Shown piece by piece: positions 42,301-54,669 of a stretch of DNA of 64,000 nucleotides. The DNA lies in NCBI GenBank assembly GCA_964057225.1, contig OZ059897.1:10850001-10914000 (forward strand). The letters are read 5' to 3'. A model generated the notes under the pieces. That model was given only the letters and a program-made list of their open reading frames with translations, was not told where the DNA came from and made no database searches. Position 1 is the stretch's first letter, and each line of letters begins with the position of its first letter. Both the position numbers and the translations under genes were made by a program. The stretch is from Auanema rhodensis. Lineage: Eukaryota; Animalia; Nematoda.

Positions 42301-45300
42301 ATTCAAATACTTATTTAAGTTCTAACAATTTTTGATTTAATCACGTTCAATTAACTGTATTGTTTTCAAAAATAAAGACAAAATTCAATTTCTGTTCATT
42401 GAATTAGAATTTTCATGTTGTCACCCAGAAATTGAAGATTCTTAGTTCAATTCAGTAACAATGAACACACTAACTTTGTTAAGTTGTTGTGATATCGGCC
42501 CAAGTAATATAGTGGTTAGTACTCCACGTTGTGGCCGTGGCGACACAGATTCGATTCCTGTCTTTGGCATTTTTTGTTTTGAAATTAAAATGCTACAAAA
42601 TTATTGCTTGCTTGTCATGTTAGATTTGTTTAATTCAAATACTTATTTAAGTTCTAACAATTATCGATTTAATCACGTTCAATTAACTGTATTGTTTTCA
42701 AAAATAAAGACAAAATTCAATTTCTGTTCATTGAATTAGAATTTTCATGTTGTCACCCAGAAATTGAAGATTCTTAGTTCAATTCAGTAACAATGAACAC
42801 ACTAACTTTGTTAAGTTGTTGTGATATCGGCCCAAGTAATATAGTGGTTAGTACTCCACGTTGTGGCCGTGGCGACACAGATTCGATTCCTGTCTTGGGC
42901 ATTTTTTGTTTTGAAATTTAAATGCTATAAAATTATTGCTTGCTTGTCATGTTAGATTTGTTTAATTTAAATACTTGTTTAAGTTCCAACAATTTTTGAT
43001 TAAATCACGTTCAATTAACTGTATTGTTTTCAAAAATAAAGACATCTTTCAATTTCTGGTCATTGAATTAGAATTTTCATGTTGTCACACAGAAATTGAA
43101 GAATCTTAGTTCATTTCAGTAACAATGAACACACTAACTTTGTTAAGTTGTTGTAATATCGGCCCAAGTAGTATAGTGATTAGTACTCCACGTTGTGGCC
43201 GTGGCGACACAGGTTCGATTCCTGTCTTGGGCATTTTTTGTTTTGAAATTTAAATGCTATAAAATTATTGCTCGCTTGTCATGTTAGATTTGTTTAATTC
43301 AAATACTTATTTAAGTTCTAACAATTTTTGATTTAATCACGTTCAATTAACTGTATTGTTTTCAAAAATAAAGACAAAATTCAATTTCTGTTCATTGAAT
43401 TAGAATTTTCATGTTGTCACCCAGAAATTGAAGATTCTTAGTTCAATTCAGTAACAATGAACACACTAACTTTGTTAAGTTGTTGTAATATCGGCCCAAG
43501 TAGTATAGTGGTTAGTACTCCACGTTGTGGCCGTGGCGACACAGGTTCGATTCCTGTCTTGGGCATTTTTTGTTTTGAAATTAAAATGCTATAAAATTAT
43601 TGCTTGCTTGTCTTGTTAGATTTGTTTAATTCAAATACTTATTTAAGTTCTAACAATTTTCGATTTAATCACGTTCAATCAACTGTATTGTTTTCAAAAA
43701 TAAAGACATCTTTCAATTTCTGGTCATTGAATCAGAATTTTCATGTTGTCACACAGAAATTGAAGAATCTTAGTTCAATTCAGTAACAATGAACACACTA
43801 ACTTTGTTAAGTTGTTGTAATATCGGCCCAAGTAGTATAGTGGTTAGTACTCCACGTTGTGGCCGTGGCGACACAGATTCGATTCCTGTTTTGGGCATTT
43901 TTTGTTTTGAAATTTAAATGCTATAAACATATTGCTTGCTTGTCATGTTAGATTTGTTTAATTCAAATACTTATTTAAGTTCTATCAATTTTCGATTTAA
44001 TCACGTTCAATCAACTGTATTGTTTTCAAAAATAAAGACATCTTTCAATTTCTGGTCATTGAATTAGAATTTCCATGTTGTCACACAGAAATTGAAGAAT
44101 CTTAGTTCATTTCAGTAACAATGAACACACTAACTTTGTTAAGTTGTTGTAATATCGGCCCAAGTAGTATAGTGGTTAGTACTCCACGTTGTGGCCGTGG
44201 CGACACAGGTTCGATTCCTGTCTTGGGCATTTTTTGTTTTGAAATTAAAATGCTATAAAATTATTGCTTGCTTGTCTTGTTAGATTTGTTTAATTCAAAT
44301 ACTTATTTAAGTTCTAACAATTTTCGATTTAATCACGTTCAATCAACTGTATTGTTTTCAAAAATAAAGACATCTTTCAATTTCTGGTCATTGAATCAGA
44401 ATTTTCATGTTGTCACACAGAAATTGAAGAATCTTAGTTCATTTCAGTAACAATGAACACACTAACTTTGTTAAGTTGTTGTAATATTGGCCCAAGTAGT
44501 ATAGTGGTTAGTACTCCACGTTGTGGCCGTGGCGACACAGATTCGATTCCTGTCTTGGGCATTTTTTGTTTTGAAATTAAAGTGCTATAAACATATTGCT
44601 TGCTTGTCATGTTAGATTTGTTTAATTCAAATACTTATTTAAGTTCTATCAATTTTCGATTTAATCACGTTCAATCAACTGTATTGTTTTCAAAAATAAA
44701 GACATCTTTCAATTTCTGGTCATTGAATTAGAATTTTCATGTTGTCACACAGAAATTGAAGAATCTTAGTTCATTTCAGTAACAATGAACACACTGACTT
44801 TGTTAAGTTGTTGTAATATCGGCCCAAGTAGTATAGTGGTTAGTACTCCACGTTGTGGCCGTGGCGACACAGGTTCGATTCCTGTCTTGGGCATTTTTTG
44901 TTTTGAAATTAAAATGCTATAAAATTATTGCTTGCTTGTCTTGTTAGATTTCTTTAATTTGAATACTTATTCAAGTTATAACAATTTTCGATTTAATCAC
45001 GTTCAATCAACTGTATTGTTTTCAAAAATAAAGACATCTTTCAATTTCTGGTCATTGAATTAGAATTTTCATGTTGTCACCCAGAAATTGAAGAATCTTA
45101 TTTCATTTCAGTAACAATGAACACACTAACTTTGTTAAGTTGTTGTAATATCGGCCCAAGTAGTATGGTGGTTAGTACTCCACGTTGTGGCCGTGGCGAC
45201 ACAGATTCGATTCCTGTCTTGGGCATTTTTTATTTTGAAATTAAAGTGCTATAAACATATTGCTTGCTTGTCATGTTAGATTTGTTTAATTCAAATACTT

Positions 45301-46469
45301 ATTTAAGATCTATCAATTTTCGATTTAATCACGTTCAATCAACTGTATTGTTTTCAAAAATAAAGACATCTTTCAATTTCTGGTCATTGAATTAGAATTT
45401 TCATGTTGTCACACAGAAATTGAAGAATCTTAGTTCATTTCAGTAACAATGAACACACTAACTTTGTTAAGTTGTTGTAATATCGGCCCAAGTAGTATAG
45501 TGGTTAGTACTCCACGTTGTGGCCGTGGCGACACAGGTTCGATTCCTGTCTTGGGCATTTTTTGTTTTGAAATTTAAATGCTATAAAATTATTGCTTGCT
45601 TGTCATGTTAGATTTGTTTAATTCAAATACTTATTTAAGTTCCAACGATTTTCGATTAAATCACGTTCATTTAACTGTATTGTTTTCAAAAATAAAGACA
45701 AAATTCAATTTCTGTTCGTTGAATTAGAATTTTCATGTTGTCACACAGAAATTGAAGAATCTTAGTTCAATTCAGTAACAACGAACACACTAACTTTGTT
45801 AAGTTGTTGTAATATCGGCCCAAGTAATATAGTGGTTAGTACTCCACGTTGTGGCCGTGGCGACACAGGTTCGATTCCTGTCTTGGGCATTTTTTGTTTT
45901 GAAATTTAAATGCTATGAAATTATTGCTTGCTTGTCATGTTAGATTTGTTTAATTTAAATACTTATTTAAGTTCCAACAATTTTCGATTAAATCACGTTC
46001 AATTAACTGTATTGTTTTCAAAAATAAAGACAAAATTCAATTTCTGTTCATTGAATTAGAATTGTCATGTTGTCACACAGAAATTGAAGAATCTTAGTTC
46101 ATTTCAGTAACAATGAACACACTAACTTTGTTAAGTTGTTGTGATATCGGCCCAAGTAGTATAGTGGTTAGTACTCCACGTTGTGGCCGTGGCGACACAG
46201 GTTCGATTCCTGTCTTGGGCATTTTTTGTTTTGAAATTTAAATGCTATGAAATTATTGCTTGCTTATCATGTTAGATTTGTTTAATTCAAATACTTATTT
46301 AAGTTCTAACAATTTTTGATTTAATCACGTTCAATTAACTGTATTGTTTTCAAAAATAAAGACATCTTTCAATTTCTGGTCATTGAATTAGAATTTTCAT
46401 GTTGTCACACAGGAAATGAAGAATCTTAGTTGATTTCAGTAACAATGAACACAATAATTTTGTTTAGTT
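33303..46469 (+). repeat. tRNA-His array, segment C (about 39 tRNA genes)
   Basis: First tRNA at 33547, last at 46150, 330-332 bp period. Confidence 0.97.
46465..46469 (+). other. Left target-site duplication TAGTT
   Basis: The empty site in 330-bp units reads TGTT-TAGTT-TGTAATACCGG. TAGTT flanks both ends of the element (also at 54966-54970). Confidence 0.93.
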
Positions 46470-46765
46470 TGTCGCTTCGGCGAAGGTATTCGGTTGTGGG
46501 TATTCCGCTGAGAATTAATAGAACAGATAGTCAGTGGTAGAATGCTTCATTAAAGAATTAACAATTCAACAAATAATAGATCGTCTATAGTCCGTTGAGC
46601 TTTGGTTGAGGTATATCGTATTTTCCGATCCCAAGGATGAAGATATGGGAAGGCGGGCCGAAAAGTACAATCTGAAATAGACAAAGTAAAGGAAAACGAT
46701 AAAAACAAAACTGAAATGGAACAAAACATAGAAAAAAGGATAAAAAATAATCGCTAACCGCGACA
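46470..46765 (-). repeat. 3' LTR (296 bp)
   Basis: Direct repeat of 54670-54965 with 7 mismatches. Confidence 0.96.
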
Positions 46766-46777
46766 CTGCCGCCGCAG

Positions 46778-47263
46778 CTAAGCCATTGGCCTTTTGCGAC
46801 GTTGTCCGTCGCATAATGACCCATGATGCTTATCAGAGTTGCATTTGTAGCAGTTAGTGCTACAGGGATGCTCGTGTAGAGCCGATAAGCATCGTAAGCA
46901 TAATTTCAATTGATGAGCGCGGATTCCACGCTCCATAACAGATGAATAGATGGGACAATTGCCTGTGCGGTGACCATCAGTAGTCACCTGATCGCAAAAT
47001 AGGCAAGTTTTCGTTGATTGCGTTTGTAATCGAATCAAATTCTGATTTTCATTCAGAATTTTCATAGCTTCAGAAATGATTCTGAAGTGATTGTCCAAAT
47101 ACTCACTCATGTATTGGAACTTTCGATTTAAACGATTTTCAACGAGAACAAGAGTTCGAATAGAGGTAGGAAGGTTAGAATAGGAAGGATCTTTCAATTC
47201 TTCCTCAAAAGATGGTTCATTATGAACTGTAATAGAATGTTCAATGTTAAAATCTTCTATCAA
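46778..47263 (-). CDS. Accessory triple zinc-knuckle (nucleocapsid-like) ORF, copy 3
   Basis: Three CCHC motifs and a basic tail RRKRP. First ATG at 47110 (110 aa). The stop lies 12 nt before the LTR. Confidence 0.75.
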   Translation of the reverse strand: MIEDFNIEHSITVHNEPSFEEELKDPSYSNLPTSIRTLVLVENRLNRKFQYMSEYLDNHFRIISEAMKILNENQNLIRLQTQSTKTCLFCDQVTTDGHRTGNCPIYSSVMERGIRAHQLKLCLRCLSALHEHPCSTNCYKCNSDKHHGSLCDGQRRKRPMA

Positions 47264-49193
47264 AACAAAGATTTCTAAGAATAAAGAAAAACTTGGTTGT
47301 TGTATCTTTTATGATTTTTATAGTACGGAAAGCTGTGATCAAGAAAAAATAAATGGCTGGAGTACAACCTAGGTATCCCAAAAAACATATGAGGATCAGA
47401 AAAACAACGCAGATTAAAAACATCATCCAGTGTTCTTTAAAAAGTTTCAAAAAAGGAATTATGTCAGGTATTATAACTGAATTCTGATTTGAATGAATTT
47501 CATTAGGTTCACTAGTAGATGAATTAAAATATAATTGTCCCGTTACAATTATATCAATTTTTTCATGATTACATTTAGTATGACAAACTTCATTTATAAT
47601 TGAATTATCTCTTTTAATATTGATATTTGTAATTTCATTGAAGGGTGAACATTTAATCATGAATACATCTTTTGAACACTCGATCGGTATTCATGTTTCT
47701 TTAGATGACATACAAGAAAACAATGCAGATGCACCCTGCCCACAAAAATAACATCCGGAGAGACTGATCAATAAGGGACGACAAGGTATATCATAGGAAA
47801 ATGTATTACTGTCATATAAAAGTTCAGAATCAATTGAAACTGTAGTTTCATCAGACTGAGTTCGAAAAGTTAAGGATGTATCGGGTTTATAGATTGTTTC
47901 CGTGTTTGCCACATACGGAGGTAAAATATGAGAAAAATGTGTGAAATTATGTTGTGGACATATACAGCCAGCAACATCGTTATTGATTTTGTTACAAGTA
48001 CAATCGATAACCGTTGTACATCTTGAAAAATTGTCGGAAGTGTCTGCCTTCGAAATACATTGTACCATAAATGGAAAATGTGGTTCAACAGCAAAGATTT
48101 GATTGTTTGAAGCAACAAAATAATAATTATGAAGTGGAGTAGGAGGTTTGTCTTGTGTATTGATCGTCATATTGAAAAAAGAGTAATTCATCTTCAAATA
48201 TGGTGGAATTGTGATATTATAAATATTTTTATCTTTAACAATATGTGTTGTAATTTCAAAAGTTGAAGATGTTGTCCAATCTTCACATTTAAATACTTCA
48301 AATATGTCGTCCGAAGTAGGTACATGTTCTAATTTGTAGAAAAGACAAGGGTTTTCCCAAAATGTCAAACAACGCCATATATGTGCTGAAGATCGGACAC
48401 ATTTGGATTGTGTTGGATAATTATATGGTTCGAATTCAGAAATACGAGAGCGATGATTCATAGTTTCACAAGTTTGATCACAAGATCCCATATGAGCACA
48501 TCGAAAATCAACGGTTAGTTTAGGCAAAGTAGCCTTTGTAAAAAATTTTGTGGTTTTCTTACATTCAAAACTTGTATATAATTTTCGAATTTGAATATAA
48601 CCAATAGAATGATTTTTAAATTTTATATCCAGGCATAAATCTTTAACTCCAGGAGAAAAAACTATTTGATCACTATATTGGTGATAACATTGAGTACGAT
48701 TCAGACAATGTGTAGAAACTGAATGAATAACGTGATGATCGGTACAAGCAGTAGCATTATTGATAAAAAATATTGTAAGTATACTGATAATTGATAATCG
48801 AGAACCTCTTTTCCAAAATAGAGGATATAATTTAGGTTCTATATGTGGAATATTTTCAGATGAAATTGGAGGAGGTTCAATAACTCCTAATTCGATATCA
48901 TTCTGTTCCGGAGTATGAGGTCTATATGTGAAAAAAGAAGATATGTAACGAATAGTATTAGACCAGGAATTATATCGATATTGATGGAATCCTATGCGTA
49001 TACAACAACAAAGGATGCCAAATAAACAACAAAGTGGTAAGAACAATGACCACATGGCAAGATGAGGAGCACAATGTGGGTTTCCAAGCAAATGTATGGA
49101 TAAAAACTTTGCCTCATCACATACTACAGAATTTACAGATGCTACGGGTAAAAATATCGATATTATTGTAAAAATTAAAATTGCAGACGTCAT
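47247..49193 (-). pseudogene. env: Phlebovirus-like envelope: minimal Gn region (49193-48747) plus Gc (48746-47247, about 499 codons) with one in-frame TGA at 47691
   Basis: Signal MTSAILIFTIISIFLPV, then NPHCAP plus TM, then a second signal ending NNATA|C. Gc cysteine motifs and LSGCYFCGQGA follow. Reading through the TGA gives IPIECSKDVF-MIKCSP and the C-terminal TM. Confidence 0.88.
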
Positions 49194-52100
49194 TGCTGAT
49201 TTGAAATTCTTTCGCGAAGCGTATGTGATGTGATTCCGTAAAGGTAAGGTGCGAACACGGTTTGCGTTTGTTTCAGTAGATGGTTTTACGTCGTTTTGGT
49301 CAATGGTAGGCAAAATTATGGTTTGTTTTGCTTTACTTGTGTTTTTCTTTTGTAATTTTTTACGATTATCGTCAGGCGTATGACCTGGACCCCATAATTG
49401 TAATTCAGCTTCTTCCTCAAGGATCGGATTATGTATCGAAGAAATTTTGGACGTAGGTATGTAAATTTTTTGAGGATTATTAATATCTATTGGTTCAGGA
49501 CATGTAACCACATTGTTCGTTTCATGGATTGAAGGTACAGGTGAGTTTGATCTTATAATATATTCCTGTATTGGTTGAGCATCAAGGTTCATCATATCCG
49601 AAGCAGATCCTACCTTCAAAGACAATGAAGTGTCTTCGGAAGGAGTAGATTGAGGAATTGATGTCATATCAGGTAAAACACTTCGTAATTCAAGTGGATA
49701 TAGATGATTTAAGGAACGAGATATGATGTTCCCAGCTGGAGTGAGAACTTTAGCTGTACGAATGAATCCATCAGAACTACTTATAAGTTCTGTGATTCGA
49801 CCAAGTTTCCATTGACCACGAGGTGAGTTATCATTATGTATAACTACAATTTCACCAATATTAGGTTTATTGGCATTTGCTGAAGGTTGTTTTCGGGATC
49901 ATAGACCATTTCAAAATGAATGGCACGTATGGTTAAGCAAGTAAAAAGACATACATAGACCTTATGTCCACTTTTAAGCATAATAGGTCCAAATAAGTCG
50001 CAACCAGTGTTAAGAAATGGTTTAGTTAATATCACTCTATCTTTAGGCAATGAAGGCATATCAGGAGTGCCATATGGTAAAGATTGATATTTATTGCATT
50101 AATGACATCTCTTTAAAGTTTGTTTTATAATTGCTGCAGCGCGAGCAATAAAATAAGTTTGACGAAGATGTGTGATCAAAAATTCTTTTCCTTGATGAAA
50201 AGATGCGCGATGAGCGTCCATAATTATGTGTTGAGTGAATAATGAGTTGCGAGGAAGATAAATTGGGTTTTTTGTATCATAGGATAGTAAAGAATTTTGT
50301 AATCGGCTTCTTACTCGAATTATCTCGTTATCATAATGATAGAAATGATAACCAGGATATTGTCGTCGTAAATCATCAATAATGAGATGATCTTGAGCTT
50401 GTCGAATTAAAATAGTACGTATTATCTTCAAATCAGTTGTTAAAACGGGATATGATGTTGATATTTGTGAAATATTCCGTAATTTATGTCCATTTTGATT
50501 TTTAAATGTTTTTAAATGCCAAATTTTTATAATTTTAGCCAAACGGGCTAACAAACGTAAAGTTGCAAAATGACCGTTATGATAAGCTAGGTTATGTTCC
50601 AAGGGTACAGATATAGCTTGAGCTATAAGTAATGATACAGGTGAAACATGCATCACTTGCAAGGAACCATATGGTGTTAAAGCTTGAACGGTTCTGTTAA
50701 GAATCCGCTGTGGTCCAAGAAGCCACATAGATTCCTGAAGTTGATATTTATTGGCTCCTCGTGAACCAATGTCAGCCGGATTATAATCCGTAGTAACATG
50801 GTAAAATTGAACATTAATCGAATGTTCTTCTAATACACGGGTCATATGTTGTACATTTTGAACTTGTTTTGCTATGAAGTCAGGTAATTGCTTATTTGTT
50901 AAAATCCATGATAACGCAATGCTGCTATCACTTACAATATTTAGTTTTTTACATGGTAATTCCATTAATATTGTGTGAGAAAGTCTCATAGCTAATCGAA
51001 TAGCTAAGAGTTCCATGCGTGAAATTGTAATTGGTGTTTTAGGAGATAAGCGGCTTTTACCTGCTAGAATAGAACTCATTTTGTTGTTTGTCTGTATGTA
51101 AGCACACACAGCTAACGCTGTTGAACTAGCGTCAGCAAAGACCCATAATGTACCTTCTTCAATAGATGGTGATAGTACACGAGGTACAGTAATCTTAGCA
51201 TAATTAATCTCGTTAATTATTGATGTCCAAGAGGCTGATAATTCAGAAGGTATAGTATCATCCCATTCTGTTTTAAGTGCAAAAATATCTCTAAGAATAA
51301 CCTTCAAGGGTAAAATTAATGGATTTGTTATACCCAAAGGATCATAAACTGAATGTAATTGTTGTAATGCGTTTCGTTTGGTTACTGTTGAGAGTTCCGG
51401 TATATTGAATCGAATTGAAAGGGAATCACTTAGAGCATTATAAGGTACTCCAAGAATTTTTAGTGGACAATCAGAGAGAATATCATCTTTATGAAGGTGC
51501 TGAAGAGCTTCTGACTTATTCGATGCGAATTCACAAACATGCATCGAAATATTTTGAAATAATTGTTGGGTAAGTGAACATTTCTGTTGAGCTTCATCTA
51601 TACTATCAGCAAATAATAGAATATTATCTACATATAATGTATTTAATATTTCATCTGATAAGTCAGTATTCAAAGAGCTTAAATACCAATTTACACTCAT
51701 GTTTAGAACGCTAGGTGAGGCAGTCAATCCAAATGGTATGCGTTTGAATCGAAAAACCTTAGTATTACTTGAGTTACAACTTCCTTGAGGATCCTTTACC
51801 CAAAAGAAACGGCAAAGATCCCGATGTTGCTTCTGTAAGCCTACTTGTAAAAAGGCTGATTGAATATCACAAGTAATAATGATTGGTTTTATTCTGGAAG
51901 CAATGAGAATGTTGAAAATATTGTTCACAAAACTTTTTCCAGTATATAGTATGTCGTTAAGGGATAATTTACCCTTAGTTTTAGCTGAAGCATCGAAAAC
52001 AACTCGTAAAGGTTTATTCGGCTTGTTTGTATTCCATACCCCATGATGTGGAATATAATGACATATAATATCAGAATTATGATTATTGTTGGAAGTTTCA

Positions 52101-52200
52101 AAAGGAACTTCTTCAATGATACCGTTATCGATATAATCATCAATAATTTTACTGTACATTTCCAATTTCGAAGGATTTGCTTGTAAAGTTTTGAACAATG
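49194..52200 (-). pseudogene. pol: pol: reverse transcriptase, RNase H, integrase (TAA in the HHCC motif at 50099; core deleted at 49898/49899), integrase tail and linker
   Basis: RT motifs YIPHHGV, RVVFDAS, DIQSAFLQV, RIPFGLTASP, LYVDN. RNase H motifs FADAS, RMELLA, SDS, NPADIGSRG. Integrase H-X4-H...C-H-*-C, then GCDLFGP and LFTCLTIRAIHFE, then a frameshifted jump to the integrase tail. Confidence 0.93.
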
Positions 52201-53021
52201 CCAAAAATTTCAATTTCAAATATGTATCGAAGCATATCATTATGTTGTAATGGTTTATCATTAATTGTTATTAACGTAACAGAATGATTTTGATATGGTA
52301 TTTCCCCATACAAGGTATAACCGAAACTGGTATTCTGCATTCTTAATGTAGAAGGTAACTCAAGTTCAGAATTCATATGAACGAATAACTTATAGCGATC
52401 TAATCCAATTAGAATATCTGGTTCAAATGCCTGACCATCAATCATTGGATTAGCTAAAGTTATATTGTTTCTTTTAATGAATGAACGATCATTATTGTCT
52501 AAAAGTGGAGCTCTTAATGATGTAGCTATGAATGGTTTCGTAAGCATGTTGGTTATGATGATACTGCCATTAAAAGTATAAAAAATAGTTTTCACTTCTT
52601 TACATTCATGTGTTTCGCTGAGGCCACCTATTCCAAAGAATGTGCGATGTTGAACTTTGTTAATAGGCAATTGAAGATCCTTAGCTATATCACTACGTAT
52701 GAAAGACCGCATTGAGCCACTGTCAATCACTACCTTTACTGTGATATATTTATTTTGTGTGTAACTGAATATATGTGTCATAGCTGTTTTCAATACAATT
52801 TGACTCATCTCGATATCATGGGTATCCTCGGTATGTGTAAGCAATTGTAATTGTGTATTCTTAGGTTCAGTAACTATTAATGTTACTGGTAGATGATTGA
52901 AAAATGCTGGTTGTACTGTAGGTACTGTTTGTGATACAGTTGGTGTAGAAATGATGTCATTTTTATTTTGTGAGACTGTAAGGTCTGGAGTTTGTTGTCC
53001 TGCACTTTCTGTTATGATCAT
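52200..53021 (-). CDS. Aspartic protease region of the polyprotein
   Basis: VVIDSGSMRSFI active site and PDILIG motif. In frame with gag; frameshifted against RT at about 52200. Confidence 0.88.
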
Positions 53022-54386
53022 GCTTGTGGACGATATAGGTTTTACAGGACTCTTTGTTTCACGATCTAAATTTAGACATAAGCAACTGTTGTGTTCATTT
53101 TTGCATTTCGGGCATTTCGGTCGAGAACAATCACGACTGCGATGTGAAGTAGAGAAACAAAGCCAGCATACTTCTTTGTTCTTTAAGATTTCACGTTTTT
53201 TCTGTGGTGTGTCATAAGTACGGCAATAATAAGATGGATGTCCTTCTTTACCACAAAAAACACAAGTCCAAATCTTTTTAGTGGATTTGTCGAAAGTTTT
53301 ATCAACATGTTTTCCACGATTTGGTGAATTATGTCAGTCATGTTCTGAATTTCGTTTTCTAGTGTCCATTAAACTGAATTCATAAATTCGTGAAGAGAGA
53401 TGTTGATAAATGTCATCCATTGATTGATCTAGAGGATCTGGTTGACGATATAGTTCACTCATTATATAATGAGGAAATTTTTCAGCGCAAATAGCAAAGA
53501 AAAATGCAGGACCAATATGACTTCCAGCGGCTGTAATTTGACGATCATAGCTTTGGATCAAATCAAATAATTGCTTACAGCTTTTTGCATCAGAAGCAGG
53601 AGATAAATTTTTCATTTTCCTCAATAATTGAAGTTTATCTGTAGCATATCTCATATATGCATCTTCAAGTGCTTTTCTCAGTAAGAGATAGTTGTTTTCA
53701 TTAGGTTCAATACCCCTTATAACGACCAAAGCTTTATCGGATAAGCCTTCGAGTAAAATGTTCACTTTATCAAGTATGGAATATTGTGAATTTTGATGTA
53801 TCATGTTATTAAATCTTGACCAATAGAGTTTGAAATTTTCGGGTGTACCATCGAAAGTCGGTATTTGTGTTACCGGACGTTGAATGTGATTGCTTGTTTG
53901 TAACAATTGTAATAAATTTGAATAAATTTGTGTTGTTTCGGCACCAGTGCTTTCGATTACTTTTTCTTTCTTTTTCTCGGGAAGTAGTGATTCCACGAAT
54001 GCAATTGCTGTTTTAATATGACTGATACGGTCAAGGAATAATAACCTTTGTTCGTCAGCTATATTGTAAGCTTGACGATTGTTTGGATTTTCTTCAAGTT
54101 CTTCGTATAATGCTTTCATTTCGTTTCGAAGTTCCTTATCAGAATCTTTGAAAACGGTTTGGTATTTTTCTATGTTTCTGTTCACTGTGTCGAGAGCAGT
54201 AGAGAGCTCGTTCAATACCAATTCATGATTGCGTAAATTTGATTGCAGTAAAATAATTCTATCGTATGTTATTTCTGAATCAGATACCCCGGCGGGTTCG
54301 TTGTCGAGAAGATTTGCGTAACGTTTGAGCAAAACGGATAAGAAGTCGTATGAACGACGAATTTTGCCAACAAATGAGGAGGCCAT
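53022..54386 (-). pseudogene. gag: gag with an in-frame TGA at 53334 before three zinc knuckles
   Basis: IPTFDG...YWSRF capsid-like motif. Manual translation past the TGA is open to 53021 and gives CVFCGKEGHPSYYC, CWLCFSTSHRSRDC and CPKCKNEHNSCLC. Confidence 0.9.
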
Positions 54387-54655
54387 TTCTAACGCTGTGT
54401 GAGGCGTAATAGGTAAGCTTCTATAGCTGATAATGATAAATAAAATTCAGAAAATGAGAGTGAACAAGAAATGAAAGTTGTACAAAGTACAACAAATGAG
54501 TATGAGATATACGACTTGTCGTATCTTGGAGCGTTATTATGCTCCGAAATTATATCGATTACTGCAGGCAAATTCACGCCTGAGCTGATGGACTTAAGAG
54601 TCGCCACCAAATCAAATGATAAAGTACCTGTTGAAGCAGTGACCTGAGTCGTGAT

Positions 54656-54668
54656 GGTCGATGCACCA
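54656..54668 (-). promoter_or_regulatory. Primer-binding site complementary to the tRNA-Gly(GCC) 3' end
   Basis: TGGTGCATCGACC lies one nt inside the 5' LTR. Its complement GGTCGATGCA-CCA equals the 3' end of nematode tRNA-Gly(GCC) as recalled. Confidence 0.85.
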
Positions 54669-54669
54669 A

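Noticed and set aside
46527-46546. LTR motif TAGTCAGTGG as a Pol III A-box or embedded tRNA gene
   Set aside because: One base short of the A-box spacing, no downstream B-box, and no cloverleaf.
54389-54610. 73-aa ORF in the leader before gag
   Set aside because: Non-ATG start, different frame from gag, no recognisable motif; treated as 5' UTR.
54656-54668. Element primed by the array's own tRNA-His
   Set aside because: A His PBS would read TGGTGCCCAAG; the observed TGGTGCATCGACC fits tRNA-Gly.
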